NCBI RefSeq assembly: GCF_036321535.1
Contig: NC_087437.1
Coordinates: forward strand, 112,966,001-113,030,000
DNA: 64,000 nucleotides
Direction of reading: 5' to 3'
DNA from: Camelus dromedarius
Taxonomy: Eukaryota
Shown here: in pieces, positions 1 through 11,873 of the stretch
How the letters are laid out: the number at the start of each line of letters is the position of its first letter
How positions within the stretch are numbered: the stretch's first letter is position 1
The notes under the pieces: generated by a model
What the model was told of the DNA's origin: nothing
The model's database searches: none
The model's input: only the letters and a program-made list of their open reading frames with translations
Made by a program: the position numbers and the translations under genes

Positions 1-1059
1 TTCTTCTTTTTACACTTCTGGGTATTCTGAAGTTACAGTGAAATGAATTTGGTCATTCAAGCAGTCTACAGTTTGACCTTGACATTACTGAGGTCGAAAT
101 GTGTTCTGATATTTTCCTAAGTTGCATTCTTGTTAGGTAGCCTTTACCCTTTTTTGGACAGAAGAAAATCTTTTATTTTACAAGCTCTTACTTCAGAAGA
201 GGGTGCTCCGTTTTTCACACTGTAAACACTTCACTTGGAATTTAAACAAGAGGTATTGAGATATATTCCTTTTTAATCAGGCAAAACTGAAATTAAAATT
301 AATGCTTTGAGTAGCTAATCAGAAGACTATAATCAATCAAAGTATGTTTTTTTTACCCATTCTTTATTTGGATAGACTGTTCATCCACCTTATCAGTTAA
401 TTGTATCAGTAAATAGTATTTTAAATGAAATGAAATATTAACTGTTGTTAGGAATGAGGTTTCTGCAAAATTTGTAAATACCTGCTAGTGAAATATGAGG
501 AGAATTTAGTCTCCATTTTGTTGGAACTATATAAGAATGTTTGTTTGCAATCATAAGGAGAAATTGCTGTAGACTTTTACCTAGTTAGTGTTAATGCAAA
601 GAGATAGTTGGCTCCTGTTTTTATTTTCATGAAATTTCCGTTTATCATAAGGGTGATTAAATATATAAATTCACATAATTTTCATTAGGTATTTTTGAAG
701 TCTATGGTGGGCTACAATAGGAATGAAAGGAGAAATTTTATTTCTGAACCTTAAACTAATACTTAGTATATTCACAGCATTTCAGCAGTATTTGTCAGAA
801 AGAAAATATACAGCTATATCGTGGATTCTTCTTGGGCTACTGGAATGCATACTTAAAATTTGTTCTGCAGTTTTCTTTTCATTTGATCTAAAATGAGCCA
901 CTGGAAGGTAGGCTTTTCGTAAGTTCACCCCTGCACTTCACGATTTCTTTACTTGCATTTCTTCATTTATGTCTTTGAGAAGTTCCCTTTTGCTTGCCCA
1001 GGTGTCCTCTGGCCTCCTTTCCCTGACTTGACTTTTGTCAGTGTTCCTTTTTTTTTTGC

Positions 1060-1154
1060 CTCAGGCCCTACCACCTGCTAACTGCCACGTGATCTCAAAG
1101 TTATGGCATCTCTCAGGGTCCCAGTTTCCAAATCTGTAAACCTTCTTTACTCTG

Positions 1155-1217
<63 letters not shown>

Positions 1218-1295
1218 GATTAACTATGTGACATTAGAACACTAGACTAGCATTGGGCATATAGCAGTCACGCAGCAAATCATGTTGGCCATTGA
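1060..1295 (+). mobile_element. MIR SINE interrupted by a (TG)29 microsatellite
   Basis: MIR core-like CCCAGTTTCCAAATCTGTAAA before the TG run. MIR 3' part GAAGATTAACTATGTGAC...GCATTGGGCATATAGCAG follows it. Confidence 0.7.
1158..1215. repeat. (TG)29 microsatellite
   Basis: Perfect dinucleotide run seen directly. Confidence 0.99.
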
Positions 1296-1399
1296 TGACG
1301 TTGTTTAAAGCATCTTACATTTTATCTTCTGACTGATTCATTCCCCCTTTAACTAGTAACTTGCTTAAGTTTTCTCTCTCCTCAAACACTTTGCTTGAA

Positions 1400-2512
1400 T
1401 ATGTTTGCCCCTCAGGCTCTGGAACTTTCTTTTGGTCGTCGTTGCCATCACACCTCTACCATGGATGTCTTTGCAATCTGACTTCTAGCCCTATCTTGCT
1501 AAGTGACCATGTGGTCACCACGCTGTGGCTTTTTCTTCATCTCCACCCTGTATCCTGTCGTTTTGGAGGCTGCCTCTTCCCTTAGTTTCTGTGACAGGGC
1601 AGATCTGATTTACCTTCTGCTGTTTGCTTCTCTTACTTCAAGTCCTCTTGTCAGTCCGCCAAGTGTTTGTGCTCCCCAAGCTTCTGTGGATCTCATCCTC
1701 AGTGATCTCCACATTCCCCTCAGTGATCTCACCTACTGCCAAGGTTTCAGGTAGCCCCTCTCGGCAGATGACTAACCTGCCCTGTTGTTTTGAGCTTAAG
1801 GTTTACATCTTGAGAGGTTAACTTGGAGAAGCTGTGGGTATCTCAGACTCAGCATGTCCTAAACCAGATTCATCTTCTGTGGTCCCTGGCCAGCTACTCC
1901 AGATTTCTTTTTAGCTGTTAATAACAACCCCATATTTAGTGCCCCCTTTGCCACACCTCTTCCTCATTTTCTACATTTCATTAGTTGTGTCTTCCTGTTT
2001 ACCATTGTAAAGTGTCTTTTCTTCCTAAAGTTTTTGGTGTAAACATATGCATAGAGAGATATCTGGAAAGCAGTTCATCAGAATGTTTAACGAATTTTAT
2101 CTCTGGATGATGGGACTCTATTTTGTTTGAATTTTGTTTTTCATAACAGATATTTATTATTTATATACTTGCACCCAACCTATAGTCTTACTTCTCAGTC
2201 CTCCCTTGTCCTGAACGTCACCGATGGGACTCCTAGCTATTTCCTCAATACTTTCTTGTCTTTGCTTCTTTACTCAGTGCCTGGCTCATTTGTTCTTTGC
2301 ATCTCCCATTGTCATTTTCCAGGGCTCCTTATAAGTCAGCTCTCCTAATGAAACCCTTCTTCCAACTGAATCTGCTTTCTCTTTTCATGAGCTCTCTGGT
2401 CCCTGTGTCACTTCCTGCACTCTGCCTTCTGGTCTTCTTACATGAGTTTTTGTGTTCATGTCTTTATTAGATTGTAAGCCCCATGAGGGCAGAGGTTGGG
2501 TCTTACTCATCC
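1400..2512 (+). mobile_element. Decayed L2 LINE fragments
   Basis: L2-like CTCAGACTCAGCATGTCCTAAACCAGATTCATC at ~1842 and L2 3' motif TAGATTGTAAGCCCCATGAGGGCAG at ~2467. Fragmented, with approximate boundaries. Confidence 0.55.
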
Positions 2513-2534
2513 TTTCCCCCTTTTGGCTACAATC

Positions 2535-2915
2535 TCCCTATTTTTCTTTGGGGGACAACCCCTTTTCCCACTGTCTGTATATGGTTTTGGTGAGATGGTC
2601 AATCAAAGTGTCCTGCCAATAGGATGCTCTTCCCCTGGAATTTGAATTTTGAGCCCTGGGCTACAAGAACTGGCAGTGACTGGCGCTGATTCATCCTGGC
2701 CAAGGTGCTCTGAAGAAGCCACTCAGTTAGTTCCTGCCTCCCAGATCCCTGGAGCTGCTCTGGTCCCTGGACTCTCCGAGGCCTGCTTCTTCAGATTTTC
2801 CTTCGTATCTGTGAGCTATCTCATATCCTTACAATAAATACCTCTCTCTCTTTTTTAAACTTTCTTAGCCAAAGATAATTTCTGTTGTTTTTCCCCAAAG
2901 ATCCCTCCCAATAGA
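2535..2915 (+). mobile_element. ERVL-class solo LTR (LTR16/LTR33-like)
   Basis: 3' end TGAGCTATCTCATATCCTTACAATAAATACC...TTAGCCAAAGATAATTTCTGTTG resembles the LTR16/LTR33 R-U5 end. AATAAA at 2833-2838. Confidence 0.6.
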
Positions 2916-3013
2916 GCTGTTATGATTGGAACTGACCACACTTAATCATTCCAGTTCTAATAATGATTCTGATCTGTTTTTTCTTCTTTTTAAAAACAAA
3001 ACCCCCCAAACAG

Positions 3014-3153
3014 CCAGAGACTGCTGCTGCTTTGAAACGTACTCTAGAAGCCCTGATGGACAGAGGGGCAGTAGTGAGGAACCTGGAGAACCTGGGCGAA
3101 CAGGCGCTTCCTTACAAGATGTCCTCGCATAGTCAGCGGCACACCCGAGGAGG
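3014..3153 (+). CDS. MRPS6: Mitochondrial ribosomal protein S6 (bS6m), coding exon 2 (140 nt)
   Basis: Translates [46 protein letters not shown](G), matching mammalian MRPS6 residues ~16-62. Acceptor CAG at 3011-3013 and donor GTAAGT at 3154. The phase-2 end joins exon 3 in frame (GG|G). Confidence 0.97.
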
Positions 3154-3860
3154 GTAAGTCTCTTCATGAGTCACTTGACAGCTGCCTTTGATGGGCTCAG
3201 TGGGGAACACTGTGTATTTCAGCTCAGAAGTTACTGTACTCTTAACAGTCAGATCCCCATCCTACCAGGTGGTGTGCAGGTATGTACCCCAGCAGTGTTG
3301 TGTTGCAAATGGGATGCATTTGTGCTGACCCGTAATCATCTGTAATCAGGGTACAAAAACTGGTCATGCCAGGAGCAACACATTTATAAGTTTTTGATTG
3401 TGGGAAACGTTTCTTGTCAACTTAAGCACTGTTTTCTCCTGGCATTTCTTTCACTTTTGCCTTTAAACACCTCATTGAGCAATGTATTGTCCGCCTACTC
3501 AGTGCGTCCTTTTAAGAATGTAGGTTGAGATAATAAGCCGAATGTACTTCTTTTACAGCCGTATATAACCAGAGCCTAAAACCCATAATAGAAAATGTTT
3601 TTATCTGCTCCAATCAATTTTAATCAAAATTTCTGTAGTGGGATTTTTTTTCTCACATTTGTCAAAGGTTTGATTTTTATAGTACCTTGTAGATAATTAT
3701 CCTTGTAGAAATTCTTTGAGGCCAGTTTGTCAAGTTGATTTGAAGCTTTGTAAGCTCTCATGGTAGCTTGCTTACCCCATCGTTTCTGGTTTGGAGGAAG
3801 AATCTTACATTGTTAGGCTTCCTTAGAAGTAGGTGACAGGGAAGATGGGAATCAGTTTTT

Positions 3861-4045
3861 AGCATAGTGGGAGAGGCCCGGACTCGGAGACTGGATTCTC
3901 CCTCTTGTGTTCCCAGCTGTGTGGCCTAGACCAAGTCACTTAGCTTCTCTGTTTCCCGCTTCCTTGGGTACTGAACTCAGATGACCTCCCATCTGCTTTG
4001 TCACAGAGATCAAATGAGATGTTCTCTGAAGATGTGCTCTGTGGA
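3861..4045 (+). mobile_element. MIR SINE
   Basis: AGCTGTGTGGCCTAGACCAAGTCACTTAGCTTCTCTGTTTCCC...GAGATCAAATGAGATG matches the MIR core and tail. Confidence 0.7.
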
Positions 4046-5104
4046 CAGCACTGGGTGTTGTGTGAGCTGCTTTTAGGCACACGGAGCGAGCACTCTTATG
4101 CAGTTTTGATACAAGTGATGCACTCAAGTGAAGTCCTGCGTCACACTGGGCTTTCTTACTGCCTGTAAACCTTCTGCCGAGGTGTGGCACAGACTGCACA
4201 TTGCATCTTTTGATTGCTTCACCTTGTTTTGTGCTAGTGTTCAGCTTCTTGAGAGCACCTCTGCAGAGCGTGCCTGAGGTGTTGCTAGGCAACATGAAAT
4301 GCACGGTGGCTTATTCCCTCTCCACAATCATAACAACAGTGAGCCATGCCGATTGTGTGTGTAACATTTTTTTTTTAACTTAACCACAAAGAGGTTTGGT
4401 TATAATAGCAAGGCTATGAATCCTTTTGCCTCTTTTTCTTTTTTAAAGAGGAGTATGTAAAATTTGGCCAAGAATTATTAGCCAGGTTCCGTGATGTAAG
4501 GCACTGAACAGGGAGAGAAGTCAGCTTTCAGGGAGGTCAGTAGGAGTGCTTTCTTCTGCCCTCTTTCCAAGTACAGGATTTGACCTTATTGGCGGCTGGT
4601 GTGACCAGCATCCTAGAACTTACCGCTTCTCACGGTGTGGGCAGTGCCGCTGCTCCTGCTGTCTGAGGCCCACACTTGGAGAACTGCTGCGTTAATTCAT
4701 CTAGTTTTCAGGCCTCTGTGTGCATATGCTGGGGTGGAGTGGTGCTCTTTCTCTCTTACGGAGAGAATAAATTCAGATCCAGGAAGTGCCCACCTGGAAT
4801 TAAGGCAGAACTGCTGACAACGCTGGCCCTACGTCCTGGATTCCTGACAAGGTACCTGTGCCCCACCAAAGACTGTGTTGTAGGCACTTAGTTCCTCCGT
4901 AGCTAAGGATTTTATTTTTGTTGTGTTGTTGTTTTTACTTTCAGACTTCTCAGCAAAGGAGAAGCCACATTGTTAAAGTGCATTATGTTGTGTATATTGT
5001 GCATTGACACAGAAAGGCAATTCCCAGTCCCAGGCTGGGAGGTTCATGTTTTAAGCTTGCTTTTCTGGGGATAAATCAATATCTGGTATTTATTTGTTTG
5101 AGAT

Positions 5105-5330
5105 AATGTTTTCCAAAGTGTGGTGATACTCCACCGAAAACTGGGATGTGCTTGTGATCAGTTAGATGTGGGAAGCCTTGCACGTTCTGCTCCTTTTAGA
5201 GATTCACCGCACGCTGTAGAGTGTAAATGGTGAGACACCCTGCAGTAAGATGCCTTTGTTTGTCAGTGTCCTTTGACCATGTAACTTTTAGTTTTGTAAC
5301 ACTCACTAATATTCCTCACAGTGGCTTTTG
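5105..5330. mobile_element. hAT-Charlie-type DNA transposon remnant
   Basis: TTTTCCAAAGTGTGGT start and GAGATTCAC...CCCTGCAGTAAG...TTTGACCA resemble Charlie/MER5-group elements. Family uncertain. Confidence 0.4.
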
Positions 5331-8126
5331 GTCAATGAGGAGGTGAGGGGCTAGGGTAGTTGGGAGTTACCTCCGGGGGTTAGAGATTTAGAGTTGAGTG
5401 GTGTGTCGGATGTCTGCAGTGTGGAGCTTAAGTTTACTCTGATATTGGCTGCCACTAGTCCTCCCATAGTCACTAACCCCAGTGACATTTGTGCTAGGCC
5501 TTTTGTTCACATGGCTAGCTCTTTTTGTGCACTGATGTAGCCACAGAAGGCATTACAAACATGTATTAAGCAGATGTGCCCAGCGTGTGCCAGGTGCTGG
5601 GAAGGCTCACTTTTACAAAGTGGTTGAGAAGAAGCAGAGTGGACTTGTTTGTCATGCATTTATTAGCATTCGGAAGGTTTTGACTCTTTTGAACAGCCGT
5701 GGAGGCCATGACAGGTGTCTGTAATTTTGGTGGGGTACTGACTTGAATCCTTAGGTTGGTGTGTGAGAGCCAACTTTTCAGCTGGCTAACTAGTGGGCTC
5801 GAGATGCCCTCTAAGAACCCACGTTGCGTTGTGGTGCTGTTGGTCATACATATTTGTTGCTTTTACATTTTACAGGAAGAAATGGCATATCCCAGTGGTA
5901 CTCCTAGGTCTCAGGATGGTTCTTGTGATTATTGTGGTTCCTGATCTCAAGAAGTTTTCACTTGAATCAGGGGCTTGCATGTGTATGACTAACCCAGGCA
6001 CCGGGGCAGCAGCCAAGGGGGTATACAGGCTGGAGCTCAGCACCCCCCAGGCTGACCACCTCACCTCCTCCCCCCAGATCCGTTCCCTGGCTACACACAT
6101 GGCAAGTAGGCCTGAATGAAGGATGAGGGTAGAAAAATGCTTAGGTAGGAGAGATCCTGTTACTTTAGGGTTATTTGGGAAGTCTTCCAGAAAGAGGAGG
6201 GGGTACCTTGAAAGTGGTACCTAGTGTTTATTATATCAAGTCTGTTACTGGTTTATGCCCCCAAAATACAATCATTATAGTCCAGATATTAACTTGGTCA
6301 GTCCTGACTTTGGAAACAGGTTACATTCCAGGTTACATACGGGATTTGTAAGTTTGATGTTTATAACTGGGAACCTATTTTCCCATTAGAAAAACTTAAT
6401 GGTTAAGTTTTGATCCACAGAAACTTGCTTGAGCTCAGAATCTCTGAGGGTCAGTAGAACTGGAGAAGTTATATATGTACAGCTGGAGCACCTTTCTAAA
6501 ACTTAGATTTAAAATGCTGCTCTGAGTTCCTTCTGGCAGCAGAGTAGAGCCTGGGTTGAGTCACCTTTATTTATCAGGGGTGGGGATAGTATCTCAGATA
6601 CCTGTAACTTATTAAGAGTATTTTTCCAGGGGAAGTCAGTTCCCTTGTCAGTTGTCCCTCCGGTGATGTGCATTTAGGAATAGGGAGGAGCTGACCAGAT
6701 GCCCCTGTTGCTGTCTGGGCCAGGCTGGGCTGGTTGAGAAGTTTGGATCCTCTAGACCAGCTTTCCAGGTGGAGGCTTCTGGCCTCACTCGCCACCCCTT
6801 TCACCAGGCAGCGCCTGGCAACCGCTGGAGCGTTATTTGGAGCTGAGGGGAGGGGGAGTGGTGTGGTCTTAGAAGGCCTGGGATTCATTCTCAGCTCTGG
6901 ATTTGCTCTAGTCTCTTGGGGGCCCCCAATTAGCTTTCCTTTGTATAGTCACATGCTCATCTTGGCACCTTGATTGACTCTGTGGGAAAGGGAAGGTTGG
7001 TGTCTTGGAAGATTCTTACTGTATTCCTTGGAGTCTAAAAGGGGACAGTGTCACATGTGCAGAAGGGAGCAGCAGGAGTAAGTGCTCATTTAGACCCTTG
7101 CTAAAAAGGGATGGGCAGTTTACTGAATCATAGTAGCAGATTCTGCCAGAACTACGTCGGCGTCTTTGTCTTCCTCCAGGGCTGCACAGGCTGGTTTAAG
7201 GCTCTCTTTCCACTAGATGGGGCTGGACTGAGACTGAGAGTGATTTCTGGTGCAGGGGAGGGAACTATAAAAGAAACCGTGGTCCATATTTCAGTGTTGG
7301 GCTTGTGCTTGTTTGTAAAAGGATGCCCCAGATTGGCTTTGACTATTTTTACCATGCCTGATTTTACTGCAGTGAGACTGGGCTGACTTCAGAATGCGTG
7401 TGTATAAGAGCTCTTAAGACATGAGGGAGGTTTTTCTTGCCTGTTTTGTCCCTTCTTTCTCTTTTCTCATCTGCTTTAAAATGTGGATAGGTACTTATAG
7501 CAGAGATCTGCTGGCCTACATATAAGATGCCCTTCTATTTACGGGTAAGCAGAATGATAAAAATAACTGGCTCTGTGGTGAATCAGTGGAATTTTACTGA
7601 CTCGCTCCCCGAGTGTGTCTGCAGCTCACTCCGGGAGCGCTGGCACCCTCTCTAGAGGAGACTGATTCTCCTCTGTGGTTTTCCCGTTAGCTAACATTTC
7701 CATGTTCTTGTGCTTTCCTGCCAGCGTTAAGGCCAGGCCAGCATCCTGACCCCATTCTTGTGTGTAGGTGCTTCGTGACAGGGTTTCAAGGCAAGGCTGC
7801 CATGGCCTTGCAGGTTTCTTTTTGGTGGCAGTGTCCCAAGATTTGTAAGGATTCTGCAGCAGGTTTAGTGGTTTTTAAAATGTATGAGACCCAACAGATA
7901 TAAAAAGAAATGGGGCTTTTCCATGCAGAGGGTGTCTTCGTTTTAAGGGGAATAATTCACTGCCTCAGCAAAGCCTGAATCCAGCAAGATTTAACCGATA
8001 CAGGCTAGGAACTGGCATTCAGACGGATCTGTTTCCTGTCTTCAAAAAGGCTTGAAGATGCTTCATGGCTGCAAATCCCTCTTCTCCCCCTCCCCCACCC
8101 TGCTCACTGGAGCCACTGAGCGCTTC

Positions 8127-8142
8127 AGTGGAAATTTCCACT
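8127..8142. promoter_or_regulatory. Palindromic TonE/NFAT5- or kB-like site AGTGGAAATTTCCACT
   Basis: Perfect 16-bp palindrome matching TGGAAANNYNY on both strands. Function is inferred. Confidence 0.45.
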
Positions 8143-10224
8143 CGTCTGCTAGGGGGAAGGGGAGGCTGTGAGTGAGTGTGTGACTGTGTCTGAGAGAGAC
8201 AGACAAAGAATATAACTCAAATTCAGCCAAGCACTTTTTATGGAAAACTTGTAAATACAGGGTTAAGACAAAAGTGGAATAAAAACCAAATACAGCCTTT
8301 ACATTTAGGAGTGCTGCAAGAAGACATGTTTCCTCCCTCAGCCACTCAGGTGGGGTGGGGGCTGGCAGCCCGCGTAGCCTTGTGCCAGGAGGGGCCTGAG
8401 TGGTACTGAGGCTCGGGCCCGAGAGAGGAGGAGCAGAAAGGACGCTGAGGGCTGCTGGCTCCCTCGGGAGCCCGCGCTGGGGATGGTGTGGTCCTGGTGA
8501 CACTGGGCTCGGTCTGTCCTGGGGAAGCCCTTTCTCTGGGTCTTCTCAAATCTCTGTGGGGTTTCAGTCATGGTAGTGGAGAGTTTGTAGTGAATGTCTT
8601 AAGAAATACAAAGGAGGGTTAATTATCACCTTCAAGACCACGTGGGCAGTTCTGCGTATGAGATGGTTCCCTGTTCCTCCAACTTTTGAACATGGGACTC
8701 TGTGATGAGAAATGTATTAGTGTGCTGAGCGTTTTTTGTTTCTCTCTTTCCCTGGTATCAGTCATCTCCTTACTTCTGCTTGTGCACAGTTGGGGCTGCA
8801 TAAAACCTGAGTGCTTTTCTATAGAAAAGAGAGATGCTTGGGTGAAGCTGGTGTCTGCCTTGTGGATGAAGTGATTCTATAATTAGAACCACGTGTGGGA
8901 AAACACACCTTGAAATGTCACCACCACTGGGTTTTGTGTTGAAGGCGATGACAGTGCTTACATTCAACCCTGGCTACCTGGTGTGCAGAACCATCTCACT
9001 GGTGCCAGCAAACACGTGGCTGAAGAGGCTGGGAGTGTATACTATAATTAGAGTTCAGATTGCTAAACTGGATTTTTCCAAAATGATCTGCCCGTTTACT
9101 GATTTGATCGTTGATTAGAGTAAAAGTGGAGAGTGGAAACTAGCTATTTGGAGAACTTGGTTACTTTTTATTGGAATGTCAGCTTTTGGCCATGGCTAGG
9201 CAGTAGCGATTATAGTCATAACCCTAAACTCTTCTACCTTGAGTGAGGAGCTTGTCATGAGGATGAAGATAAGAAATCGTCTACGTGTGTTGTGACTTTG
9301 GGGCTTGTGTTTGGATTCTCCCTAGCTAGGTTGGGGCAAGAAGCAAACGCTGGTACCTCACTGTGGCTGTTGAATCCTCTCGGTCCTCGCCTCGCTCAGG
9401 GCTGGGGCGAAAGTGGGGCAGATCCCTCTGGGGCGTTGAGCCCCTCTTCTGGCCCCCTTCCTTTGAACAGCAGCTCTTCTGAATTTCAGAATGGCTTTTC
9501 CATGGCAGCTTTCAGTGGGATGTAGGGCATTCCAAGGTCATTCTGTCAACCTAATTCCCAGTTTTTACAGGTCTGTCACGGACCTGTGCTGTCAAGGGAA
9601 AGGGATCCTTGCAGGCCTCTGAAGCTGCTCCAGCCTACAGCTCCAAGTAGGCTGCTCTAAGCCTCATGTCTTCACTGGTTCAGATGGAGACGCAGGGATG
9701 TGCCCCATTCAGTCTCTCACATCTGTAAAAAGCGTCATCATCCTTCCTCAGGTCACCTGTGGTTAGAAAAGCCCAGCAGCTAGGAATCGGGTGTCCACAG
9801 CCACCACGTCAGTCCCACCGTCTCCTTCAGGACTGGGAGGTGTGTGCAGGTCCTGGACGCCGGTTTCTGCTAGCACAGCAGCCCTGGTGACTTCCTCTCC
9901 CCAGCTGGACTGAAGTTCCAGGAGATCAAGGCTCTGTGTACCTCATCTTTTTAGCCTCCTTCTGAGGTTTGCCCACAGTAAATGTTCATTGATTGACTGG
10001 GTTTGCCTGAGATATGTAGGTGAGAAAAAGAGTAGGTGCTGGCAGCAGCCAGGAATTGGTCATGGCATTCCTGTGTGGGAAAGCTGTAAAGGGGTACTGA
10101 CCTGTGTGCTTGGGTCACTAAGGCAGAGGAAGGAGATTCAGCTCTCAACCAGGAGTGTCGAATACAGCAAGATCTGCCCGCCTCTGAGCTGCTCCTCTCC
10201 TCTGTTTTGATGGTACTTCCTTTT

Positions 10225-10240
10225 TGTGGAAATTTCCACA
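10225..10240. promoter_or_regulatory. Palindromic TonE/NFAT5- or kB-like site TGTGGAAATTTCCACA
   Basis: Perfect 16-bp palindrome sharing an identical 14-mer with 8128-8141. Function is inferred. Confidence 0.45.
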
Positions 10241-10734
10241 GTGTAATAAGGAGCCTGGGAGTAGAAGCAGTCTTTGCCCACACGAGCCCCAGGCATAGAT
10301 CAGCAGGGTGATAAGCATGAAATGACTGTCGCAGCTGTGGCTGTGAGAACAAGCCCATTTGCATTTTGGCCAGTGGTCCTGTTTGGGTTTGGTTGCCAGA
10401 TGAGCATCACGGTACAGGGAAGGCAGGGTAGGTAAAAGAAGGTAAAGGCTAGCGGGGTCGGGGGGAAGGGGGGTGATGGTAACAGAGAATCTCCGGGAGG
10501 CCTTTTCAGGCCTTTGTCTAGGACTTCTCTTTATCCTTGAGAAACCTCCAGAATGCTGGCTGCTAAGTAGCAAGAGATGTGGTTGACGGAGTGGGGATCT
10601 GTGGGGTCTGGAGCCTGCCTCTCACTTGTGGCCCGTTGCAGATCAGCTGGACTGTGTCGTCTTCATGGTCCGCTCCAGCACTTGCATGCTGTGATTCTGT
10701 AAGCCTTTGGCCCCAGAGCTCTCTGTGGCTTCTA

Positions 10735-10880
10735 TTGTCTTGGAGTCAAAGACCACTCTGTTAGAATCCTAACTGACCACTTTGTAGCTGAGTGACCTTG
10801 AATCAGTGACTTAATTATTATAAAAGTCAGAGGAGGTAATGTGCAGGAAGCCACTTTGAAAGCTGCTAGAGCAGTAGTAG
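10735..10880 (+). mobile_element. MIR fragment
   Basis: TTAGAATCCTAACTGACCACTTTGTAGCTGAGTGACCTTGAATCAGTGACTTAA resembles the MIR core. Confidence 0.55.
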
Positions 10881-11873
10881 TTGCTGGGGAGAGGGCTGCT
10901 GGACCCAGCCCTGCACCCAGCCCCGCTTCCTCTGCTTCCATTTGCTGGGTTGCCGCGTGGTGTGGGGCTTCCACCTCTTCGTTCTCTTCCTCAGGAGCTG
11001 TTTAAAAGAGATTTCCAAGACACTCTCTTTTAATTTCTGAAATAAGAGGTTTCTGGTATATCTGGCCTCTAGTTTCCATCCTTGAGTATCCTTTTTACCC
11101 TTATCAGAAAATGATATCCAGAAGCCTTGGGTGTATTTCTTAGCATCGTTTCGTGAGAGCCAGTGTAGAGAGGCTGCTGCTGCTCAGGAAGACTGCAGGG
11201 AAGTTGGTTTGTGGGCAGTTGAGCTGGTTGTTGGCTACCGTAAGCACCCTCTCTCTTAGAAATATGTTTAGACTTGGAGGCTAGCCCACAAAAATGCCTC
11301 TGTGGTGTGGTTGAATGGAAAATGAAAGGAAACAATGCTCGCTGAACCCCAGATACAATACTTGAGTAACCTGAATACTTGAGTATAAAGAAGGGCAGGC
11401 TTACCTCACTAGAGCAGGTGACACCTGTGGACTTTCTGGAGGGAGGGGACTTGGAGCACTTCCAGGGCTGGCAGTGGTAGTGGCCTGGGTTGCTGAGTGC
11501 CCTGAGCGTGTCGGGCCTCAGCATTTCCCTCCATCTTACCCTCTGTTAATAGAAGGCATTTCATGTTCCCTCCCTCCAGCCGTCAGCACAGGGCTTTAAG
11601 TGTAATAAGGCAAATAGGAAGACTCTTCTTGGGAAACTAGCCAAAGGCAAGGGAGGAGGAAGGAGCTCAGAGAGGATGTGCATATGTTTAAGGAACCACT
11701 ACCTGCTATAGAATTAAGTATGGTGGGATGTTGGCCGACAGAGGGTGAGGTCATAACTTGTCCACAGTAGCCGGGCAATACATTTGATGAATGACGAAAA
11801 TATGATGAAAAAACAAATGGATAAAAAGGGAAGAAAGACACTGGAGGCTATGTTGAGTGAGAGTTCCGTGCCC

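Noticed and set aside
1..3013. SLC5A3 coding sequence or MRPS6 exon 1
   Set aside because: No long transporter ORF and no MPRYELAL N-terminus here. Both are expected upstream of the window, so this is the distal part of intron 1.
2963..3013. N-terminal extension [17 protein letters not shown] in the ORF track
   Set aside because: It is the translated polypyrimidine tract and acceptor of intron 1, not protein sequence.
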